DNA of 64,000 nt from a virus: positions 32,001 to 96,000 of the IMG/VR virus record IMGVR_UViG_3300028840_005911. One strand, 5' to 3'. The translations under genes and the position numbers were made by a program. This document shows, one piece after another, positions 10,128 to 29,200 of the stretch. Position 1 is the first letter of the stretch, and every line of letters begins with the position of its first letter. The notes under the pieces are model-generated. The model was given only the letters and a program-made list of their open reading frames with translations, searched no databases and was not told where the DNA came from.

Positions 10128-10537
10128 CAGACCACCGTGCCTGCATCAATGTATCCGTTGTCGTTTAGCCACTCATAGAGGCCACGCTTCACCGCGCTGT
10201 ACGTCTTCTCCACGTACACCGTCAGATCCCCGTGTGTCGAGTGGTTGATTACAACTGCGGAGTAATTAGGATCTGCTGACTTATCATCGAAAGTCACAGA
10301 GGGCTTCTCGGTCGTTGCAATAGCATCGTAATCGGCACCCTCAATCAAGACACCCGTATCCTTACCTACCGGCGTGTACCCAGCTTCCCAATTACCAGCA
10401 TTCGTGTTGCCGTAACTGAGGCGAAGTCGAAACTGAGCTTGTTCACTGTCATGCGTCATACGCACGAGCTTAACCTCACCATAATCCGATGAGGCCAGGT
10501 CACCAGTCGGTACTGGAGTAGTAAGATCCCAAGGCAT
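10127..10537 (-). CDS. Putative fibre-associated protein, paralogue of 6633-6950
   Basis: See paralogue; directly follows fibre gene. Confidence 0.6.
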   Translation of the reverse strand: MPWDLTTPVPTGDLASSDYGEVKLVRMTHDSEQAQFRLRLSYGNTNAGNWEAGYTPVGKDTGVLIEGADYDAIATTEKPSVTFDDKSADPNYSAVVINHSTHGDLTVYVEKTYSAVKRGLYEWLNDNGYIDAGTVV

Positions 10538-10549
10538 TCTATCCTCCTA

Positions 10550-18639
<8,090 letters not shown>

Positions 18640-18640
<1 letters not shown>

Positions 18641-18867
18641 TACTCAAATCCTATGTAGGCATCTATCTCAACCTGTACCAGGGCGGAGGCCTCCTGAAGA
18701 TTGACCGATCCGGTCTCCGATACCCCACGTCCTTGAAGGACAGCCCGGAGGAACTTGGTCTCGTTGTCCAGCCTGTTCGACTCCTCTTCGTAGTACTGGG
18801 CCATCGCCTGCTTGAGGTTCTGCAGGTTGGTATCCCGCTCGTCTTTGGTCGGTGGTACCTTGGCCAT
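18640..18867 (-). CDS. Hypothetical protein
   Basis: Overlapping start/stop packing. Confidence 0.55.
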
Positions 18868-19626
18868 CTACATATACTTCTTCGCCTTGTTGGCGATTGA
18901 TTTCCTAAGTTTCGACACGGTAGAGGGGCTCACCCCCATCCGCTGTGCTATCTGACTGGGCTTCAGCTGGGGCTTTCCTCCGTACCCAATCGTGTACTCA
19001 TATACCAGGAGCTCTTTCGGTGTGAGCTCGTACCGAAGGATATTCAGCTTCTCCGCCTCTGGAGAAGGGGCTATAGAGGATGGGTCCGACTCCCACGCAG
19101 AAGACGTCAAAGTCCTCCTTCTCTCGTTCTCTAGACGCGCCACCTCAGCCTCGGACCACTTCAGATACTCTGCGAGCTCCTGAGTGTTAGGCTCCCTACC
19201 GAGCTGCTCATCGAGGATGGACTTCGCGTTGTCGAACTCGCCTACCTTGTAGAACCTGGTCTCCGACATCCTGACCGGGTTGCGGTAGGTAGCCATCCAC
19301 CTGTTGGCCTGCTTGAGGTTGGTGTCCACCCATGTTCCTAGTGCGGCTCCCCTGTTGGGATCGTAGGTCTCTACGGCCTTCAGGAACTGCTTGTTGAACT
19401 CGGCATGGATGGCGGCCGGCGGGATGTCGACGTCAACGGAGGATACCCATCGGTTGGCTCGAGAGCGCAGAAGGCCACGGAAGTTCTGGAGTAGTGGTCT
19501 CAGGTCGTCTGGTTGTCTGCCGCCCTGGTCCCACTGCTTCCAGAGATCGTAGTCCGCCTGCTGGCGGGGCTTCGAGAAGTCCGCAGCGGTCTTCTCGACA
19601 TCCTCTGTGACGAAGAGATCGAACAT
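18868..19626 (-). CDS. Sigma70-family RNA polymerase sigma factor (FliA/WhiG-like, regions 2-3-4)
   Basis: FLKAVETYDPNRGAALGTW (r2); LGREPNTQELAEYL (r3); SQIAQRMGVSPSTVSKL (r4 HTH). Confidence 0.85.
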   Translation of the reverse strand: MFDLFVTEDVEKTAADFSKPRQQADYDLWKQWDQGGRQPDDLRPLLQNFRGLLRSRANRWVSSVDVDIPPAAIHAEFNKQFLKAVETYDPNRGAALGTWVDTNLKQANRWMATYRNPVRMSETRFYKVGEFDNAKSILDEQLGREPNTQELAEYLKWSEAEVARLENERRRTLTSSAWESDPSSIAPSPEAEKLNILRYELTPKELLVYEYTIGYGGKPQLKPSQIAQRMGVSPSTVSKLRKSIANKAKKYM

Positions 19627-19628
19627 GT

Positions 19629-20129
19629 CTACTTGAACTTCTGCTCAAACTTGTCACGGAACGCCTTGTTGTCGAACAACCGACCCAAATAGTCGGTATG
19701 CTTCTTCACGAATCCTCGAGTCACCTCCTCGGTGGGCTCTGGATCTTCATCAACCTGCGGCTCTTCCTTGCCGTCGCCCTGAGGCATTTCGTTGATGTTC
19801 GTCATCTCCTCAGCCTGCTTCTTGAGGTACTGTACCAACGGGTCTTCACTGTAGTTCATGACTCCTCCGATCTTTGGCAGCGAGCCTTTGTTTGATGGGA
19901 AACTGGGTGTCAGATCCTGAACGGTCGGCCCCTTCGGGTTGAGCTTCCCTACGGTCGGTGCCGGGCCAACCTCGGCGGCCTTCCTGGACTGGTTCAGCAG
20001 CCCCTTGGCCAAGGACTTGCTGTCCTGGGTAGGGAAGTTGGTGTGCATCCCCATGAATCCCTTCCTGAGGTCCTGCCCTCCCATGGAAGCTATCTTCTCG
20101 AGCTCGTCCAGTATAGCATTGGTGTCCAT
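19629..20129 (-). CDS. Hypothetical protein with N-terminal DELEKIA motif
   Basis: AILDELEKIAS; internal LKKQA. Confidence 0.6.
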   Translation of the reverse strand: MDTNAILDELEKIASMGGQDLRKGFMGMHTNFPTQDSKSLAKGLLNQSRKAAEVGPAPTVGKLNPKGPTVQDLTPSFPSNKGSLPKIGGVMNYSEDPLVQYLKKQAEEMTNINEMPQGDGKEEPQVDEDPEPTEEVTRGFVKKHTDYLGRLFDNKAFRDKFEQKFK

Positions 20130-20130
20130 C

Positions 20131-20331
20131 TTAATGTCCTATGATGACTTCGGGCTCATCTTCCGGAAGGAACGGAGGATAGTAAGTGCTCGGCTCCTCG
20201 TCCTGGGTCAGCCTGGACGAGTACGGCTTACCGTCCCTCTTGTAGTCCTTCCCCTCCTTCTCCCGCTTCTCCTTCTCAGAGATTTGGGAGAGCTCATCGA
20301 AGAATGCCCCGGTCTGGTCTTTGAAGTTCAT
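20131..20331 (-). CDS. Hypothetical protein, AFFDEL motif
   Basis: GAFFDELSQIS. Confidence 0.55.
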   Translation of the reverse strand: MNFKDQTGAFFDELSQISEKEKREKEGKDYKRDGKPYSSRLTQDEEPSTYYPPFLPEDEPEVIIGH

Positions 20332-20780
20332 ACCTGCGTCTTCCCCTCTTTGAAGGCCTTGATATGCTTACAGTCGTACCCCGGAGTCACGCTACCCTTG
20401 AACTTCCAGTCGTTGCAGGTACATCCCAGTCGGCCCGGAAGTTGAACGATCTCGTACCGCTTCCCCTTACCAACTGAGCTCGTGACCTTACCCAGGGTCT
20501 TACCCTTGGCCAGATTATGCAAAGACTCCGCATGGAGAATCAGCTTCTTGTCCGCCTCCGGGTGCTTCTTGAGCATGTCTAAGAACGGTTTGGATGTGAC
20601 GTGCTTGGCGAACTTGTCCCACTTCTCTTTGCCTGCCTTCGGGGAGAAGTGATACTCAACCCTTCTGGTAGACTTTGCCTTCTCACCCCGAAAGATATCC
20701 GCGATGCCTCTGAAGACATCCTTGAGGCCCGATATCTTCTCCAGCTCGTCGCTGAAGGCATGTAGGGTTATCTCGTTCAC
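20328..20780 (-). CDS. SWIM zinc-finger protein with DELEKIS motif
   Basis: CTCNDW...CKHI; AFSDELEKISG. Confidence 0.7.
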   Translation of the reverse strand: MNEITLHAFSDELEKISGLKDVFRGIADIFRGEKAKSTRRVEYHFSPKAGKEKWDKFAKHVTSKPFLDMLKKHPEADKKLILHAESLHNLAKGKTLGKVTSSVGKGKRYEIVQLPGRLGCTCNDWKFKGSVTPGYDCKHIKAFKEGKTQV

Positions 20781-21022
20781 ATCCCGCTCTGTTTCCTGAT
20801 TCGCCTTCCCAGAAGCCAGTCCTGAAATGCCTGCTCACCTGTGATCGCGGTGGCCCCGCCGGCACCGAGGAGAGCGGGAACCTTCCAGTGCTTTGCGATG
20901 GCTCCTCCAGGAATCTTCCCGGCAATCTCCTTGGTGGCCCTCAGGGCTGCTCCCACTGGTGCTTGGGCAATCTTCTCGAGCTCGTCAAAGAAGGCAAGCT
21001 TCTCATGTACCGAGTAATCCAC
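20777..21022 (-). CDS. Hypothetical protein with DELEKIA motif
   Basis: EKLAFFDELEKIAQ. Confidence 0.6.
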   Translation of the reverse strand: MDYSVHEKLAFFDELEKIAQAPVGAALRATKEIAGKIPGGAIAKHWKVPALLGAGGATAITGEQAFQDWLLGRRIRKQSGM

Positions 21023-24000
21023 GGCTGACCTCCAACTCTCTTACGTAGTTGAGGACCCTTGCCCGTGATCTTCCACGGGGGTCCAAATGCTGAGGTATCT
21101 CAACGTTTTCCTGCCTTCTCCCTCGTGGGATGATCGGCTTCAAGGTGCCTTCTGGTAGGTCGCCGAGGGCATTGTCCCCAGCCACCATCCTACCATCATC
21201 GGCTAACCTCACATTAGTATTGTAGTCTCCGAAGGCCCTAGAATGGAACCCTTCTACCATAGTCTCAGTGTCAGCCACCTCTCCCCCCGAGAACTCAAGG
21301 TTCTGACTCCCAAGGACCTCTACCAAGTTGGCTATCGGGCGGGTGGTGAACTGTTGGATGAACTCGTGGACGTCGAGGTCCCTCTCCTTGTAGATGCTGT
21401 ACACAGCCGCCAGGCCATCTATGGCCTTCTCGAGGGTATCAACATCTACGTCCAGGACGGTGACCGTGGTCCCGTCATCAGTCTGTACCTCCTGCTCGTT
21501 GACTCCTGCATAGATGTTCTTGGTCTTGTCGTAGTTGCTCCGGATGCTGGAATCGTACCCTTCGGTGTTGACCTGGTCCGCTAGATTGTCCTCGTACAGC
21601 GACTCGTCATCGGTAATGGCGCGGGTGCCTAAGAGAGGGAGGTAGACCTTCTCACTGATGTTCTCTTTCCACCAGACATCCGAATACCAGCCGGGCATCA
21701 GCGCGTCTTCGATGGCAATGTTGGACCTGACAAACTCTCCGGTACCGATGAAGTACTCGACAGTTACGGTGAGACTGTCCGGGACACTGATATAGTTCTT
21801 GTCGGGGTCTGTGCTGATGCCATCGAATTCCTCAGAGCTTACACCGATGTTTTTTGCGCTGATACGGGATACCCTGGTTGTGCTCTGAGAGGCTTCCACT
21901 GAAGATACCTTGCCACTGATCTTCCCGACCCTGATCTTGATGCCCGTATTCAGGCTGTCCGTGAGGTACATGAGGAGCAGATTCTCGAGCTGCTTTCTGC
22001 GATTTCCTCCTGCCCTAAGATTCCTGGACATCTCGACCGGGTACATGACGATCTTCCTTCGTCGCTTCCCCACCTTCTCTCTGGTCAGTACACCGAGGAA
22101 CTCGTCGTCTACTCCTCTGTGAGTTCTGCAGTGAGTGTAGTTGACCGATGTCAAACCACCTGACTGGCTGAGATTGTGGACCAAGGAGTGTACCTTACCG
22201 ATGAACTGAGTAGGTCTCAGCTCTCTGCCGAGTTCTATCTCCATCGGCTTCCTGACTTCAGTCGGGAGCACAGGCTTGTCAATGATGAGCCCTGGGAATC
22301 CGATCACCATGTTCGGATTGAAGTAGGTCTGGGCGCTCATCGTTCTCGAGGCCCACCTGTGGAGATAGAACTGGAAGTGGGCCAGACGCTGAATATATCC
22401 GACCTTCCCTGCCTGGAAAAATTGGTCTTCCCGTCCACGCTCCTTGGCCGCCTTGGTGGCCCATCTGTGACCGCTGGTAACCCACTCGAACTTCGGCACG
22501 ATACCGGAATGCGTCTCGTGGGGAAGGATCACCCTGTGGCCATAGTTCATCGTAGCGTACAGTGTCTTTCCCTGCGTATCCCTGATGCTGGGAGCGAAGT
22601 ACTTCCTTGCCAGGAGCTTGGACCCCCTACCTCCGGCTATGAACCCGAGCCCGCTGTGGCAACTCAGCCTAGTGACCTCCCGCATGAAGTTCCGGCTGTA
22701 GCTGAAATTGTATATCTGGTCCGGGAACAACACATTGCACCGTGGTGGGGCAACGAAGAATGTCTCAGGCAACACAAGCTGGTTGTACATGTGCGTGCCA
22801 ACCTCCACACTGGTTGACACTCTTCTCCTATTTCTACCGGATGACACCTCGTTGGAGATGTCGTTGATAGCCTTTATAGCCCCACCTTCGTACCCATTAC
22901 TTGTCTTCGCTCCACCGATCTTCTCATTTATGGCCGCTGCGGACGTTAGGATTTCTGAAACAGGACTAGCCGGTATAGCCCCTATGGCCGCATCAATATA
23001 CCCCTTGGCCTCCTCAATCTTGCTCTTGACTCTGGATACGTCCGATGTTCTTACAGATCGCAAGTTCTCATTGGCCACATCCACAGCTATGCTTGCAAAA
23101 TTGAGTTGTCTCTCCACACCTTTGAACGTCTCTCCGGGGTCGTCGAGATTCACCTTCTCGTTCATAGTGTAGGCCGCCTCAAGATTGTCGTAGGCATCCC
23201 CAAGGTTCTTAATGACTATCTTCCCTGCTGCAGTGTCGCTGAAAATGGCTGTGGTTGTGCTGACTCTCTTAGACCTCGGAGGGGCCAAGTAAGGAGCCGG
23301 GTTCGGGTAGATATCGTGGAAGATGTAACGGCCGACGTGCCTGAGAATGTCCCTGAAAGAGATGAGGTTGCCCATAGAGGACATTCCAGACCTGATCCAA
23401 TCCCTGAAGGCCTTGGCTGCATAGATCCTCGTTGAGGTCTTATCCTCCTCAACCGCACCCAACATCCCCAGGATGTTGTACCGGAGCTCGGCCAGGGTGA
23501 AGAGCTCGTTCACTCCAGAGTATCCCCGTCCAGATACCGGCCTGACTCCGCCCACCGCCTCGAGCAGGTGGATGAGGCCTCCGAGGAGACCCTTGGTCTG
23601 GCTATATTCCTGACTCTTCGGCCGGGAATTGAGCAGCTGAGAGATGACCCACTTATGCCCGCCGGCGATGTTGTCGAACAGGCCAGATCCTGCCCCCACA
23701 AAGTTCTGAGACCTGTCAGTGAGAGCATCGCCGCCGACCGAATAGTCCGCATACCACTGGTAGCAGGTGTCCCAGTAGATAGACCAGTCCATACACTGCA
23801 GGACGAGCTGGCGTTCATTTGCACCCCTGACGTATTGGTAGCCTATCACCTCACCGCCGAAGATGAGCTTGTAGCTTTCGTCTGCCGCTTCTATCCTATT
23901 CAACACGTTGCGGTCCTGAATCTGATTATTCTCGAGCTGCTTAAAGAAGGTCAGATCCTGCTCGGAGAGCGTGTTGTCCAGGGCAAACAGGTGAACCAGG

Positions 24001-24152
24001 GTCCTGGGTAGCATCTCAGTGGCTGTGTCGGTCGGGATGATCTGGATGGCAGATGTCACCGGCTGGCTAGGGGCAATATTGATCTGTGCCGATATTGCCG
24101 GCACCTCTATACCTTCCATGAACAGCCTGAGGCCGAGTGGTGCTGCTTTCAT
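21003..24152 (-). CDS. Putative baseplate hub protein
   Basis: Second gene downstream of tape measure; LRLFMEGIEVP...FGGEVIG...LVLQCMDW hub-like N-terminus. Confidence 0.6.
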   Translation of the reverse strand: MKAAPLGLRLFMEGIEVPAISAQINIAPSQPVTSAIQIIPTDTATEMLPRTLVHLFALDNTLSEQDLTFFKQLENNQIQDRNVLNRIEAADESYKLIFGGEVIGYQYVRGANERQLVLQCMDWSIYWDTCYQWYADYSVGGDALTDRSQNFVGAGSGLFDNIAGGHKWVISQLLNSRPKSQEYSQTKGLLGGLIHLLEAVGGVRPVSGRGYSGVNELFTLAELRYNILGMLGAVEEDKTSTRIYAAKAFRDWIRSGMSSMGNLISFRDILRHVGRYIFHDIYPNPAPYLAPPRSKRVSTTTAIFSDTAAGKIVIKNLGDAYDNLEAAYTMNEKVNLDDPGETFKGVERQLNFASIAVDVANENLRSVRTSDVSRVKSKIEEAKGYIDAAIGAIPASPVSEILTSAAAINEKIGGAKTSNGYEGGAIKAINDISNEVSSGRNRRRVSTSVEVGTHMYNQLVLPETFFVAPPRCNVLFPDQIYNFSYSRNFMREVTRLSCHSGLGFIAGGRGSKLLARKYFAPSIRDTQGKTLYATMNYGHRVILPHETHSGIVPKFEWVTSGHRWATKAAKERGREDQFFQAGKVGYIQRLAHFQFYLHRWASRTMSAQTYFNPNMVIGFPGLIIDKPVLPTEVRKPMEIELGRELRPTQFIGKVHSLVHNLSQSGGLTSVNYTHCRTHRGVDDEFLGVLTREKVGKRRRKIVMYPVEMSRNLRAGGNRRKQLENLLLMYLTDSLNTGIKIRVGKISGKVSSVEASQSTTRVSRISAKNIGVSSEEFDGISTDPDKNYISVPDSLTVTVEYFIGTGEFVRSNIAIEDALMPGWYSDVWWKENISEKVYLPLLGTRAITDDESLYEDNLADQVNTEGYDSSIRSNYDKTKNIYAGVNEQEVQTDDGTTVTVLDVDVDTLEKAIDGLAAVYSIYKERDLDVHEFIQQFTTRPIANLVEVLGSQNLEFSGGEVADTETMVEGFHSRAFGDYNTNVRLADDGRMVAGDNALGDLPEGTLKPIIPRGRRQENVEIPQHLDPRGRSRARVLNYVRELEVSRGLLGT

Positions 24153-26065
24153 ACGACAGGCTCGATTTCTACATCTACGTCGTCACGGCCACGGATACCC
24201 TGGGTATCTTCACTGGTCTGGTACCCATCCCCGAGAACCGCCTTGAGGATAGCAAGAATCTCTTCCGGACTTCTAGCCTGCGAGCTCGCGACTCCGGTGC
24301 CGTATGTCTGCGCCAGCTCCGTGCCTTGGACATCTGAACCCTCTGGGGCGGCGTCACTCGATCCGAAGACCTCATCCAGAGTATCAAACTGTGAGACATC
24401 CGTCACGGCGCTGTAGTCGTCATCCTCGTACACCGGCTCGAAGTTCAGGGAGTTGGGCCTGTCCGCATTGGGGACGTACGTGTTCGAGTTGTACACGTCT
24501 CCGAGCCCGGCCGGGGATGGGTCCGGAGACAGAGCGGTGATCTCCTGAAGCTTGCTGCTCAGAGAGCTCTGGAATGTCAACCCCGCCGACCCGGCATTCG
24601 CCCCTAGGTAGTTTTTTGTCTCAGGTCCCTTGTTGCCCGGAGCCAGATATTTGTAGAGGTTCTTGTAGCTGTTGACCGTCTGCGTGGCAGCGTCATAGTA
24701 TACGCCAAGCTGGAAAGTTTGTAGGATGGTTCCGGCCGGATCCCCAAGAAGCTGGTTGGTGAAGGCTGCCCCCGAAGTTATCATGGCAAACCCTGTCTTG
24801 ATCCCGTCGACCACATCTCCCACTGTATCCAGAACACCTAACTTCTCGGCGAGAGTGTTCCACAGAGCGAGCGCCTCTTGTTCCTTGGTAACGGCAGCCA
24901 CCCTCTTTGCAGCCCGAGCCTCGAGCTCGGCAAGTTGTGACGTTGTCAGAAGATCTGCTAGTTTACTCGGTTGCTGCGCCAGGGGGTACTCATCGGTGTT
25001 ATCACTCTTGAACCCTCTGATGATATTCGGCACCAAGAACTCCGGGTCCCTCGGCATCCTGAGTTTAACCGACCCGGTCAGTGTCTCCAGATTCCCTGTC
25101 GCGGAGTCGTAGGCATCATACTCGAACGTGCTTCCAAGACTCCCACCGGCTACTTGAGCCGCACCAACAGATGTGAAATACCCAGCGATTCCTATCGGCA
25201 TCCTCACCGCCCGACCGCTGATGACATCATGGGCGGAATCCACCAGACCGCCCAGCTTGGACTTGGCATCGTTGATACCTCTCGCAACGTTCTTGATAAG
25301 ACCCCCGGTCTGGCCGAACGACTTCTTTAGGTTCTCGAACCTGACGTCTGCCGTAGTCGACGAGTACTTGTCCCTGGCCTGTGCAAGCTGCTGGTTCAGG
25401 ACCGCCACATTTGGAGAATCATTTAGATACCCTGGGAACCTGACGTCCCCGATGTTCGTGTAATCGAAGTAGTTCGTCACGAACATGGTCAGAGAAAATG
25501 AGATCAGGTTTGGGGCTTCGGCATTATCAGACGCCTGGGCCTGGACCGGGTACCCTTCGATCACGATGGAGTCGTAGGAGATATATGCCCTGGCGTTCCT
25601 CTGGACAAGCTTCGTGCCCCGAAAGTACTTCTCGTAGTTGTCCCAGAACTGAGCCCTCCAGTTGAAGTCCTCTGAGCTCACCAGGACGCCCTGGAAGGTA
25701 GTGAACCTGGGCTTCTCCCCGTAAAAGTAGATGTACGGAAGGCCAAAGGTGTCGATGATCTGGGTCTTCTCTTGCCTGACGTCCTCGACCGCCTGAAGGA
25801 TGAAGTCGGAGTACTCATTTACCAGGCCGGTCTCAGATTCGTAAGATCGCTGATCCACAACCTCACTCTCCGACACCAGAGGGATATAGTCCCCGCTCGC
25901 GTCAATCACGCTCAGAGAAGAGTAGGTGTCTTCCTTGATCTGGATCCCACGATAAGGTCTTCGAACTGCTATATCGCTCCCTTTTTCGGCCGCACTCTTC
26001 TGGATATTAGCTCCACGCTCCTTGGACTTCTCGTCTATGGAATCTGTTCGGAGGAATAGGAACAT
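24149..26065 (-). CDS. Putative tail tube initiator/baseplate protein
   Basis: TFG..YIYFYGEKPRF..FQG.L, FSLTMFVT; position after tape measure. Confidence 0.5.
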   Translation of the reverse strand: MFLFLRTDSIDEKSKERGANIQKSAAEKGSDIAVRRPYRGIQIKEDTYSSLSVIDASGDYIPLVSESEVVDQRSYESETGLVNEYSDFILQAVEDVRQEKTQIIDTFGLPYIYFYGEKPRFTTFQGVLVSSEDFNWRAQFWDNYEKYFRGTKLVQRNARAYISYDSIVIEGYPVQAQASDNAEAPNLISFSLTMFVTNYFDYTNIGDVRFPGYLNDSPNVAVLNQQLAQARDKYSSTTADVRFENLKKSFGQTGGLIKNVARGINDAKSKLGGLVDSAHDVISGRAVRMPIGIAGYFTSVGAAQVAGGSLGSTFEYDAYDSATGNLETLTGSVKLRMPRDPEFLVPNIIRGFKSDNTDEYPLAQQPSKLADLLTTSQLAELEARAAKRVAAVTKEQEALALWNTLAEKLGVLDTVGDVVDGIKTGFAMITSGAAFTNQLLGDPAGTILQTFQLGVYYDAATQTVNSYKNLYKYLAPGNKGPETKNYLGANAGSAGLTFQSSLSSKLQEITALSPDPSPAGLGDVYNSNTYVPNADRPNSLNFEPVYEDDDYSAVTDVSQFDTLDEVFGSSDAAPEGSDVQGTELAQTYGTGVASSQARSPEEILAILKAVLGDGYQTSEDTQGIRGRDDVDVEIEPVV

Positions 26066-26068
26066 CTG

Positions 26069-26278
26069 TTACCTCCCCTGGTATAGTGGTCGAGTAACGA
26101 AGTCCCGGAACTTCCTGTTCACGTCCGCGCCCCTGTCCTCTCCGGTGATGATGCTGCTGAGCTCCCCATGGATGAGATGTAGAAAGACGTCATCGACTGA
26201 GATCCTGTCTATGGCACGCAGCCTGACCCGGACCCCGTCGATGGTATTGATCGTGACCTCTTCTTCTTGTCTAGCCAT
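26069..26278 (-). CDS. Hypothetical protein
   Basis: Operon packing. Confidence 0.5.
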   Translation of the reverse strand: MARQEEEVTINTIDGVRVRLRAIDRISVDDVFLHLIHGELSSIITGEDRGADVNRKFRDFVTRPLYQGR

Positions 26279-29200
26279 CAGTTTTGTCCATATCCCTTAG
26301 ACTTCATGGAAGTCACTTCGGTTTGCAGCTCTTTCAGCTTGTCTGTGATGTCTTCTCCCTTACCCTGCATCGCTGCCACACTGGCGCCGACTGCCCATAC
26401 AAACTTCTGGTGAGACTCTGCGTAGGATCCGAGAAGACCAAGTAGCTTTTCGTTTTGTGCCTCTCTTCCGCCTGGTGTAGCAACTGGGCCACGAGCTCCC
26501 ACTTCCCTACCCAAAGCGCCACGTATCCTGCGGAGCTCGGTGAAAGTGAGACCACCCTCCATCGCCTCTTTTATCATCTTCTGGGTTTCCGAGCTCGAGC
26601 TCCGAAGAACGTCGTACCCCAGTGTTCTGGAGATCTCCCGCATCCTCTTCTTGAGTTGCTGGGCGCTCATCCCTGAGGTAGATGAGAGACCTTCGAGCAT
26701 GGCCATGCCCACAGTGTGTCCGGCCACGGCACCGCCGGTTCTTCGCAGGGCGTCCATGGCCTCTGTGTCGCCAGATATCTCAGCGGCCAGGGCCTGGGCT
26801 CTATCTTGGGTCCTTTCTCCTGTTGGGTCCTCTGTGTAGGCCTCAAGAAGCTGCCGGTATTTGGTGGTCAACCGTGTGCTTAGAGGCCCTGCTCCCCTCT
26901 TGGTCAACGCAGCAAGCTCTTTTCCGGCCAGGGTCTTCCTTTCCTCCTGAGCCTCCATCGTGGTCTGGTATCTCTTTATGTCATCTACCAGATTGGTCTT
27001 CGAAGCCAGCTTAGATAACGCAGCAGGATTCCTAGCTTTGAGCGCGGCGATCTGGTTGTATATCTTTCGAGCTTTCGGGTCATTCTTCTTGAAGACGGCC
27101 TCGATGAACTTCTTACCGCCCTCTGAGTTCTCATCCGCCCTATCCCGGATCCACTGACTGAGCGAGTGACCCCAATCAGAGTTCTCGAGGGCATTGAGCA
27201 GATCCTTGGAGCTGACCATGTCCTCGTCGAACATCTCTCTGTCTATGGCACCAGTAACCCCGTATGCCCCGGTAAATGCTTTTGTAAGGGCCTCCCCCAC
27301 CCCAGCCTTTCCGGTCACTATCTCGTAGATTCCCTGACCTGCGGTCCAGGCAACATGGGGGGCAAATGCCGCCATAGACAGGCTAGCAATGGTCCTGGCT
27401 GCTGTCCCTACTACAGTGGGAGGTTCTTTAAGCATCTCTGCTGCTTCGTCCGCCAGCGTATTTTTGTACTCCAGAACCTTTGCGGTGTCCTGAAGATCCA
27501 GTGCGCCTAGACCAGCATCCTGTGCCCATCCCTGCAAGTTGGCGGACAGGAAGCTGTTATCCCACCCGGACTCTTTCTGGGCGAGAGCCAGCATGTCCAT
27601 CTGATTCTCAGCACTAAAAACAGACTTTCCTCCGGCCTTCATCAGACTCCTGGCAGCTTCGGCATACTCGGGGTCTTTCATCAGCTCTTCGTTGAGCATG
27701 GCGGCGTAGGCCCCTCTATTCCCTCTGGACTCCTCTCTCAGCTTGGCTAGCCTTCTGGCATTTGTGGTATTGCTCATGAACTTCTTCATAGCGAGAGATA
27801 GCTTGTTGAGTTTCGGCTGGGCTTCTTCTCTGGATATGTTGTATCCCAGCCGCTCTAGTGTAGGTTCTTGAGCTCTCCTGGACACCCCTCCAGCCTCAAA
27901 ACCTCCAAGGGCCCCAAGCCGTGAATAGGGGTCGGCGTTCTCCATACCCAGGGCCGATGCAGCTAATCCCCCAGTAAACCTTGCTGTTCCCCAAAAGAGG
28001 CCAGCACCTTCACTACTGTATGACCGGACAAACCTCTCACCTATTGGGGTTCCTCTAGTCCCGCCCCCTATCCGCTGAGCCATACTGGCCATCTCAGCAG
28101 CGCCCATCATCCCGCCACGGCCACCACGCATGATCTCCATGCGCTCACCCTGGGTAACCACTGTGCCGCCGGTCCTCCCGAAGAATTGGTTCACCAGGTC
28201 GTCCATATCCTCCCCGATCCTGGTGACCGCTGTGGATGCAACGTCTTCTATTGGTGCGAGAGTCTGTTCCCAGGCATGTTCCAGGGCCCGCTTCATACCC
28301 TCGAAGCTGCGGTACTTCTTCCTATCCAGATCTCTTGCGGCATCCTCAATAGCTTGTCTCTGCCTCCGCAGACGCTGGTCCCTGATCCTGGGCATCTCGT
28401 CTCCGAGTCTGCGCCAGATATCAGCTTCTCGAGCCTCAACCCCCATGAGCTTTTGAATGAAGAGATTCTGGATATCTTCTCCGGCTTCACCGTATCCGGC
28501 CCGCTCCATGACCGACCGGACAGCCTGGCCCACTGACTCCATCCCACCCTCGGCCATCATCCTCTGGCCTATCTGACCTTGCTGCACGGCAAAAGAGGCG
28601 GCCCCTCCTCTGGTACCTATTCTGGATCTGCCCCGGGCTTGTAGCTGACCAATATCAAGTTGACCAGCTGTGAATCTCTGCATGGCTCTTGGGTCTATCT
28701 TGCCGGTGAACCTTCCTTCTTCGAATTCACCAAGGCCGGCAACCATCAGGCGCCCCATACCACTTTGAGCAAACTGGGCGGCAGTTCCGGTAAGCTGTTG
28801 AGCCACCATCTGCTGCCCTGCCGCTCCCCCAACACCTCCGGTCATCTCTCTGATATCCCGAGACGTCAGAACACCGGCCTGTCCTGCGGCCTGAATGTTC
28901 ATGAAGGCTTCTTGGCCCATCATAGCCCCGGCCCCCAGTGGGCCTCCCATCCGATGCGCCATCGTTGCCCCAGCCTGCATCGCCCCCATAAGCTGTGGGG
29001 CCGCTGGGCCGGCTGCCCTCATAGCCCCGGCCATACCCATGATATCGTTGGCCCGCCACAAGCCCATCCTCTGAGCCTGACCGAACAGGGGCATAGCCTC
29101 TTCTATGGTAGAGCCCATGACATCGGAGATGTTCCGGACCTGGTTGATGATCTCCCTGAACCGGGTCTTGAATTGCTGAGCATTCATAACCCCGGAGAGC

